Shown in pieces: positions 13,060 through 25,962 of a stretch of 64,000 bases of DNA. The stretch spans positions 4,092,001 through 4,156,000 of the forward strand of contig NC_043013.1 in assembly GCF_006345805.1 (NCBI RefSeq). The letters are read 5' to 3'. The translations under genes and the position numbers were made by a program. This DNA comes from Octopus sinensis. Taxonomy: Eukaryota. Numbering within the stretch: the stretch's first letter is position 1; every line of letters starts with the position of its first letter. Below the pieces are notes generated by a model, which searched no databases, was not told the origin of the DNA, and worked only from the letters and a program-made list of their open reading frames with translations.

Positions 13060-13700
13060 GATTATTACTTTTGCCTGACCTACACGAAAACATGAAAGCT
13101 GACTTAAGCCTTCAAATTCAACAGTCAATCCGTAGCCATTTTCCGCAATATTTCCAATGCAAACTCATCTATCAAAACATGAACTCATCACACTCAATTC
13201 GGGACACAAACTACCTCAAAAGCTGTCACTAAACAACAACTGCCGTAATTCAAGGCTTTTGGAACAAAGAAAACAATGAACCACTCTAGTTTTGACATTC
13301 TTATCGAATGCACATGGCAACAACCCATTTGTCAGCTCTTAAAGATGGAATATTCCATTCACAGAAAGTCCGATTGCTGCGTTGAGACTTGGTAATCTTT
13401 CATCATTCTGAGGGCCCCTTAAATAACTCTCAGAGAAATTGCCCAGTTGATACTTGTGAATTATATCCGCATCCCCGCAGATTGCTCCGGCTGAAATAAA
13501 GGAGGAGTTGCCATATTCTTCCACGGTTCTCTTGCAAATTTATCCTATGGGTGCATAGGATAAATTCTCCAATGGTTTCCGAGAATTTTTGTATACAACA
13601 AAGCCAATGACTTACTCGTAATTGAGCTCTAAAGGCCTTTTCAAACATTTCTACAGTGCTTCCGAGAATGCCTCGATAACGTGACATTGTTTATTCTAAA
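13060..13700 (-). mobile_element. Possible highly decayed Tx1-type LINE C-terminal region
   Basis: Weak similarity only (GAICGD..QLGNFSESYLRGPQND resembles Tx1 ORF2 C-terminal blocks); many stops. Confidence 0.25.
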
Positions 13701-14064
13701 ATATAACCCAAGAACCATATCAGTGATCAGCAACTTCAACTGTCTTTATGTGGCCTGGCTTAAATATACTTTGACACCAGAGCCTAAGTATAAGCCATCC
13801 AAACAAATCAACAGTAGAGTCAGTGGTTAACTTTGTAGATGCTCTCTTTTTCTCAACTCCTGCCTGAAGCAACGAAACATGCTAAGTATGGTTTGGATTT
13901 AGCATTAAACCAACCCTTAGCAATCTCTATAACATATGTTGCTTTCCACTCTTAATTTCCAAAATACCAAAGCCACACTCACCATAGCATATTCATTTGA
14001 CAACAAAGCAGACGGGAAAAAATTAGAAATATATCGTTATCGACAAGCGCTTCTCTTACAGGAA

Positions 14065-14444
14065 GGAAGCACTCCGTCGGTTACGACGACGATGGTTCCG
14101 GTTGATCCGATCAACGGAACAGCCTGCTCATGAAATTAACGTGTAAGTGGCTGAGCACTCCACAGACACGTGCACCCTTAACGTAGTTCTCGGGATATTT
14201 CAGCGTGACACAGAGAGTGACAAGGCCGGCCCTTTGAATACAGGTACAACAGAAACAGGAAGTAAGAGTGAGAGAAGTTGTGGTGAAAGAGTACAGCAGG
14301 GATCACCACCATCCCTGCCGGAGCCTCGTGAAGCTTTAGGTGTTTTCGCTCAATAAACACTCACAACGCCCGGTCTGGGAATCGAAACCGCGATCCTACG
14401 ACCGCGAGTCCGCTGCCCTAACCACTGGGCCATTGCGCCTCCAC
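14065..14444 (-). mobile_element. tRNA-derived SINE family C, full length
   Basis: Head gtggaggcgcaatggcccagtggttagg..gtttcgattcccagacc; tail gtcgtcgtaaccgacggagtgcttcc; second copy at 42004. Confidence 0.9.
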
Positions 14445-14867
14445 GCTTCTCTTACAACATATCCTTTGATTAGTGAAAGAGCTTGGCAGCGGACTGTGCA
14501 CATAGTCATCAACAAATGGTCAAAAGACAATCCGACAAAACTCGTTAGCAAAAATAGGAGTAGTTTTCTATTCATTCACCAGAAGAAAAAAAAACCCAAA
14601 GATAAAACAAAAGAATAATAAATAAAAACAAAAATACTACCACTAACAGAATCCATATTCGACAGTAACAGATACAACTGAGCCACAGAACCATCTGCAG
14701 AACTGCATGGAAATTTGCATCAACAATTAAATGAGGAAAACTTGGTCATTAAGAAAACAAACACAACTCAAAAGCATTTTACTCATTCGGTAACAAACGC
14801 TGGACCGATATTTTACCTAATGGTCCACTGACAGATGATAATAAATCTCCCCAAAATAATATTTTCT

Positions 14868-15047
14868 ACTCTAGGCACAAGGCCTGAAATTTTTGGAGAG
14901 CGGGGCCAGTCGATTAGATCGAATTTATCGATCCCGAAAGGATGAAAAATAAAGTCGATCTCGGTGGAATTTGAACGCAGAACGTAAAGACAGACGAAAT
15001 ACCGCTAAGCATTTCGCCCGGCGTGCTAACGTTTCTGCCAGCTCTCT
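14868..15047 (-). mobile_element. SINE family A
   Basis: aggcacaaggcctgaaattttgg..gaaaggatgaaaaataaagtcgatctcggtggaatttgaac..gtttctgccagctc. Confidence 0.85.
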
Positions 15048-15249
15048 GCCTTGTATCTCTCCAAAATAATGCCAAAGAAATGGTGGGGGACCCTGCAGAC
15101 GCAATACTTCAGTGGTGTTCACTTTCACAGTATCATCGACATCAACCCCTCCCAACCATATCATCTCCGACATAATTTTTGGCTTTCCAGATATGATCAC
15201 AGCAGTAAATGAAATAAAACATCGCATTACGGTAAGCTTGATAGATTCC

Positions 15250-16900
15250 CTGACAAGGTTCTGAAGAAACGCCAACATTAGGTTGTATCATCTCTAACTA
15301 ATCTCGAGTGAAAATCTCTAGGCATATGCTATATAGTAAAACGCTTCTTATCCCTCTCTATTATTCTGCTCCTTAAAAACGGAAATGAGTCATATGCGGT
15401 AAGTTATTGCCTAATGTCACATCTTATATAATGAAAGTATTTAAAAGAATAGAGAGGTCAAGAATAAATAACTTCCTGGAGAAGGACAGTCTCCTAAATT
15501 CCAGCCAACATGGTTTTCATTAACAAGACTCATACGACACTTTGATGACATTCTAAAAATCTTTCAGCAGATCTGCGAGACTTTTGCAGTCTATTGTATC
15601 AAATACTTCAAAGCAAAACTTGTGTACGTTTAAGATGTCATTCTAATTAACCACTAACTCTAATGAGCGACTTGAAGAAATCCTCTAGACGTCTGAAGAA
15701 AGCAAAGTTCCAAACCCCTACAGTGGCATAAACGGCCACCAACCTGTAAATACTATTACTTCCAATGTTGTTCACGTCTGAAACTATCACTCTATCATCC
15801 AAATCTAACGAAACCAAACTTACCTCTAGGCCCGTGCTTTTCGAGACAGCGCCGATACGGCTTTTGAGCGGATTCAACAGAAAAAAGTGTAGACATCGAA
15901 GCCGGCTACAAGGAAGGACAGTACGCGAGTGCGTTTCAGATATCTTGGTCACACTGAAAGCTGTCGCATCTAGATTTAGTAACCTTAAATCATTCTGCGC
16001 ATGTGTCAACTTTTCTGCTGACGTCAGACGACCTGCATTCATAAATTACACTCATAATGTTGGCTTTCGTTAGAACCGGGCATTAAAACTGTTTGTCCTA
16101 AAAATCCCGACATGCATTTGAAATGCATCGTCGCATTGGGATTTTTTCTAAAATTCCTCGTCTTATGACAACGTTTGGGAAGATCAAAATAGAATCTTAG
16201 TATCATCAGTATCTGAAGTCTGTTTTTCTTTTGTCTTTGTGGCTACTCGTTTCTTTCCACTCCAACTGCTGTTCCACCCCAACTGCTGTTCCACCCCAAC
16301 TGCTGTTTTATCAAAATCCCTTATCAGGAATCCCTTTATCTCGCTGTTGTTCTTCCTCACCAAAGTGAAATTGCGGAGAATGAATTCTGATGACATCGAG
16401 GATATTATTGCGCTGCTGATATCTACAGAATTTGCAGTTTCTACTGTTGTGATAGTTGTAAATAGCAATTGCTACTTCTATACTTTTGCTGTTGTATTTC
16501 TTATTATTGTTGTGACTCCTTTCGCTGCTACTGATGACCATGCAGCTCCTTTTTTGTTGATGTTCTTGACCAAGTGGTTGACACATTTCTTTGGTTATGC
16601 ATTTTTGTGAAACGTCGTGTTGCCAAACCAATGCACCAAACAACGGGACAAAGTAATGGTAAAAAATAGCGCAAACAGCTTGAAATCGAATAGCACACGC
16701 TCATGTTGGTGCGTTAAATATATAATTATGGATTTGTTATCACGTCCCACCTCGACCACTCAGGCCCATCGAGCCAGCTTTTATTCCCTGGTGTTTCAGA
16801 GAACATGGTTTCTTTTTAGCAACGCAGGCTTCGTGTTTCACGTCAAAGAGATGGACAAGTGCTACTTTCGCTTCGTTAATGATTTCTTTTTTAATCACTT
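15250..16900 (-). mobile_element. Decayed Tx1/L1-clade LINE (ORF1 3' part and APE endonuclease)
   Basis: LLNLDATAFSVTKISETH, YRLVAVYA..FFRRLEDFF, LVVN*NDIL (degenerate GDWNA); 18-bp repeat x3 at ~16262-16305 in the ORF1 region. Confidence 0.65.
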
Positions 16901-17392
16901 CCTTTAATCTGATGATAAGTTTTCCTATTTAATCTATTGATTTCTATCGTTAATTCTTTGCTATAATCTATCGATTTTAGTGACACGTTGTAGTGAGATC
17001 CACTTCCGTTTGTTGATGGTCATCTCCATTATACACCAACAAATTAGTTCACTAAGAAAATCACTGTAGGTTCTCTCTACCGAGAAACACTCGACACGCA
17101 CCCAGTAATCAGGCTCGTATCGCTTCACCCAATATAAGCTTATGTGACCGACAACTCAACATTCGGGACATCTTACGCTATCCTAATCTGCAGATAGATT
17201 CTTTATCTGGAATGTTCGATGCGATTGGTCAAATCGATATTGATACAAGCTTTTCTGAAACAATACTGACGATCCATACCGACAGAAGGATGATTACACC
17301 TTGTAACTGATGGTGAAAAAATACAATCTAGTGTCCTGAGAGGTAGTAAACAAATGAACTCGCTTCAAAATTGACTCAAAACCAGGAACATA

Positions 17393-17850
17393 TAAGTTAA
17401 GTTAAGTTAAATTTTTGGCTCAAAAAGCAAAAAGCAAGGCCATGTAGGGGGACATGGAGTTATGTACAGGGAGGGTGTTCATGCAAAGAGTTCAGGCCAA
17501 TTCTGATCGAGGGAGACTTTGAACCGAGCGGTCGTCGGCATCTTCACTATCTCGTCCGGCAGCTTATTCCACGGATCTGCAACCCGGGTGGAGAAAGCCC
17601 CTCTCCTTCGATTAAGATGAAATCGTCGCAGATAGAGCTTTTCGGAGTGACTCCGCAGCCGACGCTCTGGAGCAGGAGTGAAGAACAGCTCTTTCGAGAG
17701 GTTACACTTTCCGCTTATGATGTTGTGAGCAAGAATGAGATCACCACGGCGTCGTCGTTTTTCTAGAGAATAAAAGTCGAGCGTCTTCAGCCTTTCCTCA
17801 TAAGACAAATGCTTGAGGCCAAGAACCATGCAGGTAGCCAGCAGACATCC
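17393..17850 (-). mobile_element. CR1 LINE, 5'-truncated 3' end
   Basis: LSYEERLKTLDFYSLEKRRRRGDLI..RVADPWNKLP; 3' UTR ending in (ttaac)n; same 3' end at 30151-30269. Confidence 0.9.
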
Positions 17851-17875
17851 TGGGAGAGGGAAAATGAGAGAAGTC

Positions 17876-17985
17876 ACTTAATTAGAGGGCCGATAGAATA
17901 AGCACCAGTTGAGCACTGGGGTGGATGTAATCGACTTAACCCCCTCCCCCGAAGTTGCTGGCGTTGAACCAAAATTTGAAAGTAA
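17876..17985 (+). mobile_element. SINE family A 3' fragment
   Basis: gatagaataagcaccagttgagcactgggg..gatgtaatcgacttaacccc. Confidence 0.65.
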
Positions 17986-18294
17986 TATGTGTGTGTATGT
18001 GTGCGAACTTGTGCTGGTTTTGTATGTGTGTGTGTGTGTGTGTGTAAGTGTGTGTGTGGTTGACCAATCAGTGTTGGTAAAGATACAAACATCGATGAAG
18101 ATTGGTGCGGCATGAACAACATTTGATTTGAACCTAATTAATAAGCACCTTCCCTTCCTTCGAGTCAGCGCCGCCTAGTGAGAAGTGGAAAGAATGGAAT
18201 GACTTCGTTGGCAAATAAACAGATGTAATGGTGATAAATATAGAAACACACACACTGGTGAATATACACATCCATGTATATATATATATTTATT

Positions 18295-18354
18295 TATTTA
18301 TTTTTATTTTATCTAGTTTCAGCTCACGAGCTGTGGCCATGCTGGGGCACCGCC
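18295..18354 (-). mobile_element. Isolated SINE/LINE 3' tail
   Basis: Minus strand ggcggtgccccagcatggccacagctcgtgagctgaaactagataaaaataaaa; variant of the family B tail. Confidence 0.65.
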
Positions 18355-18688
18355 ATTCATATATATAAACACGCATTGAGCCGAAACAGGGGCAGCTGAA
18401 GAAGGGGAATGTTCCTTGTTTTGTTTGTCTTGTACTCTGTTTTTTCGTTGTTAAAAAAAGTCCGTTTCCTTGTTTGATTTTATGTTTTCGTTTCTCGTTG
18501 TGTTCTACGTTTATTTGTGGTGTCCTGTACCCATATATGCATGTATGTATATATATATATAGATGTAGGTATGTACATATATGTATGTGTGTAGCATATA
18601 TTTTATTTATTATATGTTATTTATTAAATTTTATGTATTGATTAAGTCTTTCCTTGTTTGTTTTGCAAATAGTGGTTTTGTCTCAATA

Positions 18689-18689
<1 letters not shown>

Positions 18690-18745
<56 letters not shown>

Positions 18746-18785
18746 GCACACCAATCAATCAATCAATCAATCTATCTATCTATCA

Positions 18786-18870
<85 letters not shown>

Positions 18871-18934
18871 GCCTACCTACCTACCCCCCCACCTACCTAC
18901 CTCCTACATACTTACCTACCTACCTACTTCCTAC

Positions 18935-18983
<49 letters not shown>

Positions 18984-18984
18984 A

Positions 18985-19036
<52 letters not shown>

Positions 19037-19069
19037 CTCTCTCTCTATCTATCTATCTATCTGCTGTAC

Positions 19070-19125
<56 letters not shown>

Positions 19126-19126
19126 G

Positions 19127-19158
<32 letters not shown>

Positions 19159-19221
19159 GCCTACCTACCTACCTACCTACCTACCTACCTACATACTTTT
19201 ACCTACCTACCTACTTCCTAC

Positions 19222-19269
<48 letters not shown>

Positions 19270-19275
19270 AGACAC
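18690..19275. repeat. (TA)n then (TATC)n/(TACC)n arrays
   Basis: Direct reading; source of the IYLS ORF. Confidence 0.95.
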
Positions 19276-19550
19276 ATATGCTTACACCCATTTATACGCG
19301 ACAGGTAATAAATACAGTAAATGTGTTTGACTTAGAGAGACAGGAATCTCGTTTCTCAGACTATGTTTCATTGAAGCTGTTGGTTTAGAGGAAGTGAACA
19401 ACCGGCTTTAGAGTGAAGACAAGTGTTTACATGAACGTACATTAATATTTGCTGACGTCTCCGCCTTGAGGCTGGACTATCCTCATCATAATGACTGGGC
19501 GAAAATGTGAACGCTCGTGCTGCCAGGTCACTGAGAAAAATAAAAAATAG

Positions 19551-19588
<38 letters not shown>

Positions 19589-19901
19589 TAGAAAGTAATG
19601 TAGAGAAAAACAAAACGAACAATGGCGGAAATGTAAACGGTGTCACGGGAGCCAGTGTTAATTTATCGCACGGTGACGAATCACGATCTCTTCTGATTGT
19701 TGTTGCTATTGTCATCGCTGTTGTTTTGTAGTTGAGTGGACATCTAATATCACACAAAGCTTTTCGGAGAAAGCATTTTGGGACGAGCCATAGATCCGGT
19801 TCTCCAGACACTGCATAATTTAGTAATTTAGCAGACCATGATGCATCTTTTATTATGCAGTTATTTTTTTGGGAAAAAATTTTTGTGACAATCTTAATAT
19901 A

Positions 19902-20061
19902 GGCGCAGGAGTGGCTGTGTGGCAAGTAGCTTGTTTACCAACCACATGGTTCCGGGTTCAATCCCACTGCGTGGCACCTTGGGCAAGTGTCTCCTACTAT
20001 AGCCTCGGGCCGACCAAAGCCTTGAGTGGATTTGGTAGACGGAAACTGAAAGAAGCCCGTC

Positions 20062-20119
<58 letters not shown>

Positions 20120-20312
20120 TGTGTGCGTGTATGTTTGTGTGTCTGTGTTTGTCACCCTAGCATTGCTTGACAACCGATGCTGGTGTGTTTACGCCCCTGT
20201 CACTTAGCGGTTCGGCAAAAGAGACCGATAGAATAAGTACTGGGCTTACAAAGAATAAGTCCCGGGGTCGAGTTGCTCGATTAAAAATGACTGAAACAAG
20301 TAAAGAGATAAA
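19902..20312 (+). mobile_element. CORE-like tRNA-derived SINE family B with internal (TA)/(TG) microsatellite
   Basis: ggcgcaggagtggctgtgtgg..gggttcaatcccactgcgtggcaccttgggcaagtg (CORE-like)..gcggttcggcaaaagagaccg..gactgaaacaagtaaa. Confidence 0.9.
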
Positions 20313-20659
20313 AAGAAAAGATAGTTTATGAGGTGTTGTACTGCGGTTAGGATATGTCGCTCCAGATTGCCGTCTAGCGTCTGTCAAGTGAAGCAACTAA
20401 GGACATTGTTTTTTTAGGCACAGAGAAAAATGGATGCTCTATTGTGTCTGCTTAATTGGATGAAGTAATGTATATGCAGATATATGTATATGTGTGCGTG
20501 CGTTTGAGTGTATGCATGCAATATGTATAAAGCTACCTCTGTGTATACGGTTTAATAACTGCAAACATAACTACACACATTAATATGAAAATTAGCGCAT
20601 GTATATTTCTTTATCATAATTGCTGTTATACCCACACTCGTTTGCGTGCATATGTCTGT

Positions 20660-20930
<271 letters not shown>

Positions 20931-22186
20931 AACTCATGTACCACATACATAGAGACACCCAGACACTAATATAATTACATATGTATGTTTGTGTGTGTGG
21001 ATATGTGTATCGAGAGTGTGTGTGTGTGTGAAAAGATCATGCTGTCGTTGATTATACATATCAATATGTGTAAGAGTTGTTGACAAAATTTAAAAACATA
21101 GACAAAGGGACAAAAATTCTATAGATTAACAGATAGTGATGTGTATGAGACTGAAGTGAATATATATTTATGTATGTGTTTGAACACATATATGTGTCTA
21201 TATTGTGTTCGCTTGGGTGTGCGCGCGTTCACTCACACACACACACACGCGCACACACATGCATTTATATATAAAGGGGTAAAGAAAAACAAATTAGTAA
21301 TGATAGTTTGTACAAGAGGAGTTCCTGCTGTAAGACATAGGGGCCACCCAGTTTGCAGAGTTGTACAGACAAAAGGGGTATATAACATCGCTTTTTGTAT
21401 AAGTTTTAGTTAAGCTGAGAGAAATAAAAAGCAAAATGGCGGTTACGCCTGGAGGGGCAGATAATTTGACGAAAGAGCTGACATATTCCTGGGTCGCTGC
21501 GTTGATAGAGGGAACTGGTTTAGTAAAGTTAGGGATACATATTAAAGTACATTAACAACATTCAGGGGCAAGTTTTAATCTTGGACTGACGTGATATTAC
21601 TCAGCCCTTATTTTGTAATGTATGGCAGACACTGTTCGCTGCTTATATTAAACTCACCTTATATTCTTATTCGGGCTATTGTTCTTGTTGCTCATCTTAA
21701 TGTCTGTTCAGTGTTCAATACTTCTGAGGAGTGGCTGGGGTTGATAAAATACGTACGAGTGAAGAGCTAGTTTTCAATGAAATCAACTACATTTGTTTCA
21801 AACTCAGGTCTTGTGACTACGTTAATAATATTTATTTACTAGGATCCTGACGTTAAACCTTACTGTGGTCGGCCAACCAAGTATTTCATCCCTCCATTAT
21901 CAATAGAATAAAAACCGTTATTATACAGTAACTGGATTTGATCGACTTTCTGGCCTGATTTCTTACATTGACATAATGCCATAAATTTGCAGGGAAGAAT
22001 CAGCCGTTTGTACCAATTCTATTATTGACTGATACTTACTCTTAAAGGACAAAACACAAACTTAGTCTTAGAGGGATTTGAAATCAGAGCGTAAGTACCA
22101 CAATTAATTCAACATTAGAAAGAATAATTTTCTGACACTTCACTGATTCTGCCAGTAATTAATATAAATATTACTGCAATTGCTAA

Positions 22187-22400
22187 GGTGGCAAGCTGAC
22201 AGAATTGTTAGCAACTGGCAAAATGCTTAGCGGTACTTCGTCCGTATTTATGTTCTGAGTTCAAATTTCACTGAGGTCGACTTTACCTTTTACCTCTTTT
22301 GGGGTCGATGATAATAAATACCAGTAGAATACTGGGGTCAATGTAACCGAAATACCCCTCTTTCCGATATTGTTGGCCTAGTGCCAAAAAACTGAAACCA
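22187..22400 (+). mobile_element. SINE family A
   Basis: ggtggcaagctgacagaattgttagc..gttctgagttcaaatttcactgaggtcgacttt..ggggtcgatg. Confidence 0.8.
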
Positions 22401-24409
22401 ATAATACTACTGTTACTGTTGTCATCATTCACGTCCTTTGAAGCTGGGTGGTAACGACCTTTTGGAACATTGTAAGCACAGACGATGGCAGAAAACGTAA
22501 AACGGGTCCTTTGAGAAAGAGAGTACTAGGTATCTAGAGGGAGCGAAATTCTTCTTAGATATAAAGCAATTAACTTGATAAAATGATTATATTTGAACAC
22601 ATTTTCAAAAATGTCTTCAAGATCAAAATATCATTTGACCCATCTATCGCGACTGGTGCAATACAATTTCCCTTTAATGTCTTAAACTTCTTCAGTAGTT
22701 TTCATAAAATTTAAACTTAGAAAGTATTTGTTAACGTGAATAAATAATCCACTACCTTGCTTAAGTTATCCTCTGTTTGATTAGAATATTCTACTTTAAT
22801 ATTTTTGCTGAAAATGGGAGGGAGTGTTTGTAGAGTCTCATTCAGTGAAAGAGTGCTCTACCAATGTTGAAGAACTAATATTTTCAATGATATTTCTGTT
22901 TCCGACTTCTTCATAATTTTACTGGAAATATGTAACTTTCGTTTCTTCATATTCTATGAACAGATGAAACATAGGTCATGCGTCTTCAACCTATACTTAA
23001 AACTATTGTCATCTTTAGAAGTAAACCTGAGTATTTGTGTGTCTCTCTTTCACTCTTTATATATATATATATAATGTATTTATACATCTTATATATGCAT
23101 TTGTGTGTGTATGTATATATGTATGTATTTGTGTATGTATGTATTTGTGTATGTATGTATTTGTATATGTATATATCTGCGTCTGAGGGTGAGCGTTGAA
23201 TGAAAAACTAAAGACTTTTTCAACTATTGTCATCTTCGTCATCATTTCTGTGGAATCATTTCTTCTGGCTAGGTTTATTTCCTTGAACTTTTGTTTCTTT
23301 TATATTTTAGCATTTGCTTTTATTGTTGTAAGTGAACGTATCTACCGTTGCACGTTGGCTACCGTGGGGCAGAGAGCGCGAAAGGGGGTGGGGAGGAGAA
23401 TGAGGAAGAGGGAGAAGTGGGGGTCATTCCTCTTTAAAGTCAGAGACGATATCTGATCATATCTGTCTCGCTCGAATCGTCTTTCAGTTCATCCTCCCGT
23501 ATACCTCGCCCCAGCCTTATGTTTTCTGCAGCCCTTTCCTTACTTATATCACATTCTTTTCCCGAAGGTTCTTTTTCATTGAACACACACACACGCACAC
23601 GCACGCGCGTGTTACATACACACACACACCAGTACAAATTGTATTAAATGTTATACATTTCTATACAACAATTTCAGATCATCACATTGATGTTTATATA
23701 ATGTAGAATATATTTAATTCAGCAAATTGACAGAAAACATCAGGTAAATTCATTTCGGTACCTTTACGTTGTGACGTCATATTCATCCAAAGTGAATCTG
23801 TCCGCCAAACGGTGCCGATAAAATGAAGTACCAAATCAATTCAACTATAATACCATTTCTCAGAAATTTGCGACCGGGTCACCATATCAGAAAGAAATAT
23901 TCATATTCAATCTTCATCAGTCAACTATTTTGATTCCTCTTGTTATTTATTATCCCCAGGGCAATGCTACTCCAGTTCAAAGGTATTTCGCTTATACCAA
24001 ACTCGTTCTTTTGAGTGATCATGTTGGTATTCCCTCTTTGAATGATCATGTTGGTATTCCCTCTTTGAATACATGTTGATGCCGTATTGGTTGTTCTACC
24101 ATTTGTGTTCACATAGAAAACTCAAGAAAAGATATTTAATGCCTCTAGTGTCACTACGTCAGCTCGAACAAACTCAGAGCTTTATATGAATATTCAAACA
24201 AAGTTATATCATAAAATTTATAGTGCAATTTATGAACAATTGAATTATTGGGTCATCACCACTTCAATGGATTTCTGACGTACATATAAACAAAGAAATG
24301 TCTAATTCGGGGTTGAACAAATGGCCCAAGGATTTCGTTCGTAAAACACCGGTTTCTTTGTTTTGGCGTCGATGCTTCTATCCTTTCTCGATGAGCCACA
24401 GCGAGCGCT

Positions 24410-24425
24410 AACACACACACACACA

Positions 24426-24481
<56 letters not shown>

Positions 24482-24720
24482 AATAAAAACATATGCATAC
24501 ATACAAACATATATATATAAACACACATACACATATATCTACGTTCCTTTTTGTTTGTGCGCATGTGTGTGGATCAGTGTGTGTGTGTGTGTTTGCCTAT
24601 ATATGTATGCATGTATGCATGTGTGGTATCTATCTATGTGTGTACATTTGTATGTATGTATTCTGAATATTCACGTGTTTGCATATCCATGTTTGTGTGT
24701 TAATTTATGTATGTGCGCGC
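24410..24720. repeat. (CA)n/(TG)n microsatellite
   Basis: Direct reading. Confidence 0.9.
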
Positions 24721-24744
24721 GTGTGTGTGGTACCTTTTTTTCAC

Positions 24745-25290
24745 TGCCGAAGTGATGGTGGGTGGTCTTCCACTCTGAGACCTGGTGGGGAAGAATTTAC
24801 TGAGGTCATGGTCATCAGTAGTGGCTAGACCGCACCCATCCAAAACCCTGAGAACAACAATCAGGTGAAAGAAATTATTGCACATACAATAGGGGCCAGT
24901 ATAAAAACTACCTTGAAGAACCACATTGTAAATTAAAAAAACAACTATATATGCAGGTTCAAGGTGCAGCCATCGGTGTCGGTGTATCTGGAGATGTGGC
25001 CGGCCTCTTCATGACCTGGTGGGACAGAAAACTTAAGCAAATTTTGGCAGAACAGTACACAACTTTTTGTACTCTACAGTAGTTATGTAGATGACATTAA
25101 TATCATAGTTAGGACCAACTCCAGTAACGGTAGAGTAGAAACTGAGAGGAACGTAATGGAGAGCATCTAGCAAGTAGGTAACTCCATCCACCAAAGTATC
25201 AAGGTAACTATAGATTACCCCCACTAAGCTCCCCAAAAATAGACTCCCTGTCTTTGATACTGAAATTTGGTTAGAGACTGTGAACTATAT
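24745..25290 (+). mobile_element. Penelope-like retroelement RT fragment (possibly Naiad/Chlamys type), frameshifted
   Basis: Across frameshifts: LKNHI..LYMQVQGAAIGVGVSGDVAGLFMTWWD..LYSSYVDDINIIV..QVGNSIHQSIKVTIDYP..LPVFDTEIW. Confidence 0.75.
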
Positions 25291-25842
25291 TCCTAGCTAA
25301 ACAGGTATTATTAAGCAGACAGGTATCTTTCTAACGACACTTGCACATTCTAGGGGTCACCAGACAAGTATGATCCATATTATATAAACTTGGAGTAATT
25401 GAATGACTCAAAGATCCAGTAACATTACTATGAAGGCTTAACATTATTATTATTGCTAACAGTGCAGGATATGTGTTCACGCATCATATTTTATTACATC
25501 GGGCATAGAATATCAGCATCTTTTCAGGCACTAATGTTGAAAAATAGCCAACAGGCTTATCAAAAATGAATTATTAGGACTATTAATACTAAAAGGTATT
25601 CGATATATCGTAACAGCAAGATTTGACTGGCATGCGGTGACCAGAGGTCTCCCGCTGATGATTCGAGAAGAGTGAAATCCCGTGATATGGGAATTCTGCG
25701 TGTGATTTTATGCACCAAGCGGCTTCTATGAGAGATTCTTGCAAAGGCTAATAACGCAGCATTCGGTGTTCTAAAAGGACATCCATGTTAAGTTGGGTAG
25801 AACGATTACCTTTTGGTATTAATTCTACTTCCCTCGTGAATA

Positions 25843-25962
<120 letters not shown>

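Noticed and set aside
18370-18545. Hammerhead-like words gccgaaac..ctgaagaagg
   Set aside because: Order and spacing leave no cleavage triplet or stems; probably an unclassified repeat end
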